Below, one piece after another: positions 61,296 to 64,000 of a stretch of DNA of 64,000 nucleotides. The translations under genes were made by a program, and so were the position numbers. How positions within the stretch are numbered: the stretch's first letter is position 1; the number at the start of each line of letters is the position of its first letter. This DNA comes from Nemertoderma westbladi (Eukaryota > Animalia > Xenacoelomorpha), in the NCBI GenBank assembly GCA_032718475.1, contig JAUCBJ010002471.1, positions 15,719 to 79,718 of the forward strand, in the 5' to 3' direction. Under the pieces are notes generated by a model. The model ran no database searches. It saw only the letters and a list, made by a program, of their open reading frames with translations, and was not told the DNA's origin.

Positions 61296-62268
61296 TTTAT
61301 TGTACGGTAAATAAAATATGCTTTATTTACCGTTCGTCCCGAAATCTGTTATTTACCGGCCGAGCGAAGCGAGGAAGGTAAATAAGTCGGATCGAAGGGC
61401 GAAAAGGTAAATAACGTGTTTTATTTATCGTACAATGTGTAATTTTATTGTTAAAATCATCCTAATTACTGTATTTTAATTATTCAAATTAATTATTAAT
61501 GCACCTTTCGAAAAAAAACCGTTGATTCATTATGAACTGCCGAGGGAGTTACCATAGCAACGTAATTGTTTCCAACAAGTTTCTTTCTTTAAGTTAGCAC
61601 TCTAGCTTTCTAATGATACCAATAATCCCGAATTATATTAAGGTGCAGCAGATTTATTTGAAAACAAACCGTGTCAAATTTTGTGGGACAACCTGTATAT
61701 TTGCATGTAATAAATTGTGCGTTTATCGTTGTATAGTTATAGTTCCATTGTGCAGTATCTATTGAGAAATTAAAAAAACATTTGATTTGATTCGATTTAA
61801 AAGATCTTATTGTTTAATAAGTATTAAACATTACACCAGTGGCACCGAAATTATTCTTCGTCTTTCTTGTGATTTGTTGATACCAATTGAAAAGTGTCGT
61901 TGAAAGGATTCCAAATTTGTAAATAACTATTAATGTCAATGAGAAATAGCTGAGATATGGGCCTTCAAAAAGTGCAGGTATTTGCATCCGTTGCAGCCTG
62001 CAGGGCAGGCCATTTATTGTATTTAATAAATACACAATGTTCTGGAACATATTATTTATCTGAAGATTATTAATTACTTGATTTCTATTTTACTAGTAGT
62101 AGCTACTCATTAAATAAAATAAATGCCCCAGAATAGTATTTATTACAGCACAACGTTGGCTGATTCAAGAGCAATAATCCCCATTTACCTAGGTAAATAA
62201 TGCAAATATTATTTACCGCTGGGCCAATCAAATGAGCGGTAATTATTGTAAATTTTAACAATAAAATA
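61296..62268. mobile_element. Crypton-like non-autonomous element
   Basis: Terminal hairpin with CCGAGCGAAGCGAGG followed by TTTTATTGTTAAAA, and a distal GGTAAATAA...TTATTTACC..CCAATCA...TTTTAACAATAAAA end. Related ends occur at 16470-16555 and 30965-31115. The superfamily call is tentative. Confidence 0.45.
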
Positions 62269-62303
62269 TATTATATTATAATATTATTTGTAAATCTTCA
62301 GAT

Positions 62304-62556
62304 TTACTTACTGTAAGAAAATCGTGTCTGTCTGTCTGTTTGTTTGTTTGTCACACGAAAGGTTCCGAAAACTATCCGGTCAATTGTGTTGTTTTTAGTA
62401 CCCTCGTGGTCTCAATAGGTGTATAAAAGCAATTTTAGTAATAATGTAGGCCTTCAACTACTGTAGGCCCTAGTACTACAATAAATGGTGTAATTAGAAT
62501 CATGAGAGGGAAACGAAGATTGTAGATTTACATCCCGCGTGCTTGCACGCCACTAG
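62304..62556 (+). mobile_element. Short non-autonomous Helitron
   Basis: 5' GTCT/GTTT microsatellite; 3' hairpin GCGTGCTTGCACGC followed by CACTAG|T. Confidence 0.65.
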
Positions 62557-62577
62557 TAGCCTAACCTGACTTCCGGA

Positions 62578-63220
62578 TCCATCCTTTGAGCTTATGCTCA
62601 TCCGGTCAGAGACTTGTTGAGGACTTTCAAAGTTAACTTCAAAGTTGGTCTTTTTGGAGTTAATAAAAAGACAAACACTAGAAGCAGCCTGTTCTAATGA
62701 GCTGAGGAGCCGTTGGGCTCCCTCTAGTGATTCTGAGAGTACTCCTAAGTCATCAGCAAAGTCAGGATCAGTTAGGTACTTGGCAGGATTTCCTCGACTT
62801 CTGGAGCCAGTAGGTGGAGTTACCATCTGTTAGTTACCAATTACCAGGTGGGGTGCATGTCGCAGTAAAGTGCACTCAGAGTGGACATGAGAACACTCTA
62901 CTCCTGACCAGCCATTTATAGATCACATTTGTACTGTACCATTGGTAGAGGCAGGTCTGCCTGGCCAGGCCATATACCCCTGCAGCCAAGTATATAGGTC
63001 CTTAATCCAGGACCAAGGGCGTCCTTATCCCAGAACGAAGGGGGTCCTAGTTACAGGACCAAATTTGCCCTAGTAAGATGGTCTATGCAGCCACAGGTGG
63101 CACCTCCTTTATGCTGCATTGAGGTGGCAAGTTTTCTTGATCAATGACATAGAATTCATAGACAGCATTCTTAAAAATGCATCTGCAATGCAGCATGCCG
63201 ATCCTATGTAGTAGTAGTAA
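62578..63220. mobile_element. Rearranged copy of the RTE family (RT piece on -, 3' tail on +)
   Basis: 62578-62826 minus encodes YLTDPDFADDLGVLSES..., matching 26883-27055. 63161-63220 plus is the family 3' end CAGCATTCTTAAAAATGCA...GCCGATCCTA(GTA)n. Confidence 0.85.
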
Positions 63221-64000
63221 TTGGATCTCCCTCCAACAACAGAATCTATAAATGGTTACATTTTGCGATGTCTCTACATAATAAATAAGATTGCATCATT
63301 ATGCAATGACTCCGTGATAAATCGAAGTTTATTCGATTTTGGTTGGAATACTGTTGCAAATGGAATGTTGTTGCCCAATAAATACCTTTCACCAATTCCT
63401 GATTACACTAGTAAACACATGTGCCTGTCAGAAAGACTGCTTGACGCAGTGATGTTCTTGTAGGCGTAACGGTGTTATGTGCACTGAATACTGTCGGAAT
63501 AGAGATTCTTGTCACAATTTAATTCCATAGTTAAGAATGTTATAATTGTGATTAATTTACTTAGTGTAAACGGCTAACAGATATTAAAGACACTTTATTA
63601 TCAATTCTAACGCGTTGCCATGGCATCTAGAAAGTAAAACATTGCATATTTTTCCTTATACTCGATATAGTGAGGGTAGAGGTTGATTTTAAAACGCTGC
63701 GGCTAATATGTAGATTGTTTTTAGTCAAGGTTACTCGTTGCCATGGCAACTAGAAACTGAAAAATAATTCATATTGTTCCTTATACGTGATATAATTCTG
63801 GTAGACTCTGATTCTATGATGATACGACCACTGAATACGCATTACAAAGCCCGTTGCTATGGACATGGTCAATATTGCTATCTTTGAAGGTCGTTTTCGT
63901 CTGGTTGCTATGGCATTTTGAAAAAACGAAATATGCCATTAAATTCTTCATATCCAAAATATTAATCTGCTATAAATGTTATATCGTCATATCTACTATA
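63221..64000 (+). mobile_element. Academ-like DNA transposon 3' remnant (Cys-rich C-terminus plus subterminal repeats)
   Basis: LPPT..SI.GYILRCLYII...FDFGW....MLLP.....P, followed by frameshifted C.C...C...CSCRRNGVMCTEYC. Repeated GTTGCYATGG motifs lie downstream. Confidence 0.5.

Overview
AT-rich eukaryotic (invertebrate metazoan-type) genomic DNA; the taxon cannot be determined from the sequence. It holds five conserved protein-coding genes with almost no coding introns: an intracellular serpin (12623-13783 +), DSCC1/DCC1 (34221-35872 -, one 3' intron), IFT54/TRAF3IP1 (39431-40888 +), TBC1D9/TBC1D8-like (50514-53927 -) and MMAA (55092-56231 -). There is also an orphan secreted, Cys-rich, probably amidated peptide gene (27753-27974 -). 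The rest is a dense mosaic of transposon relics: BEL/Pao fragments, a Merlin (IS1595-like) element split by a MULE-like insertion, RTE and CR1/L2/Crack LINE fragments, a SINE fragment, hAT, piggyBac-, Kolobok-, Sola-, Helitron-, Crypton- and Academ-like non-autonomous elements, large foldback palindromes and several mini/satellites. The most notable observations are the serpin's CrmA-register reactive loop (YESD|S, a candidate caspase inhibitor), the novel six-Cys peptide, an RFX X-box and an E2F/CHR site at the expected genes, and a satellite growing out of a transposon subterminal repeat. All family calls come from motif recognition by eye; no searches were run.
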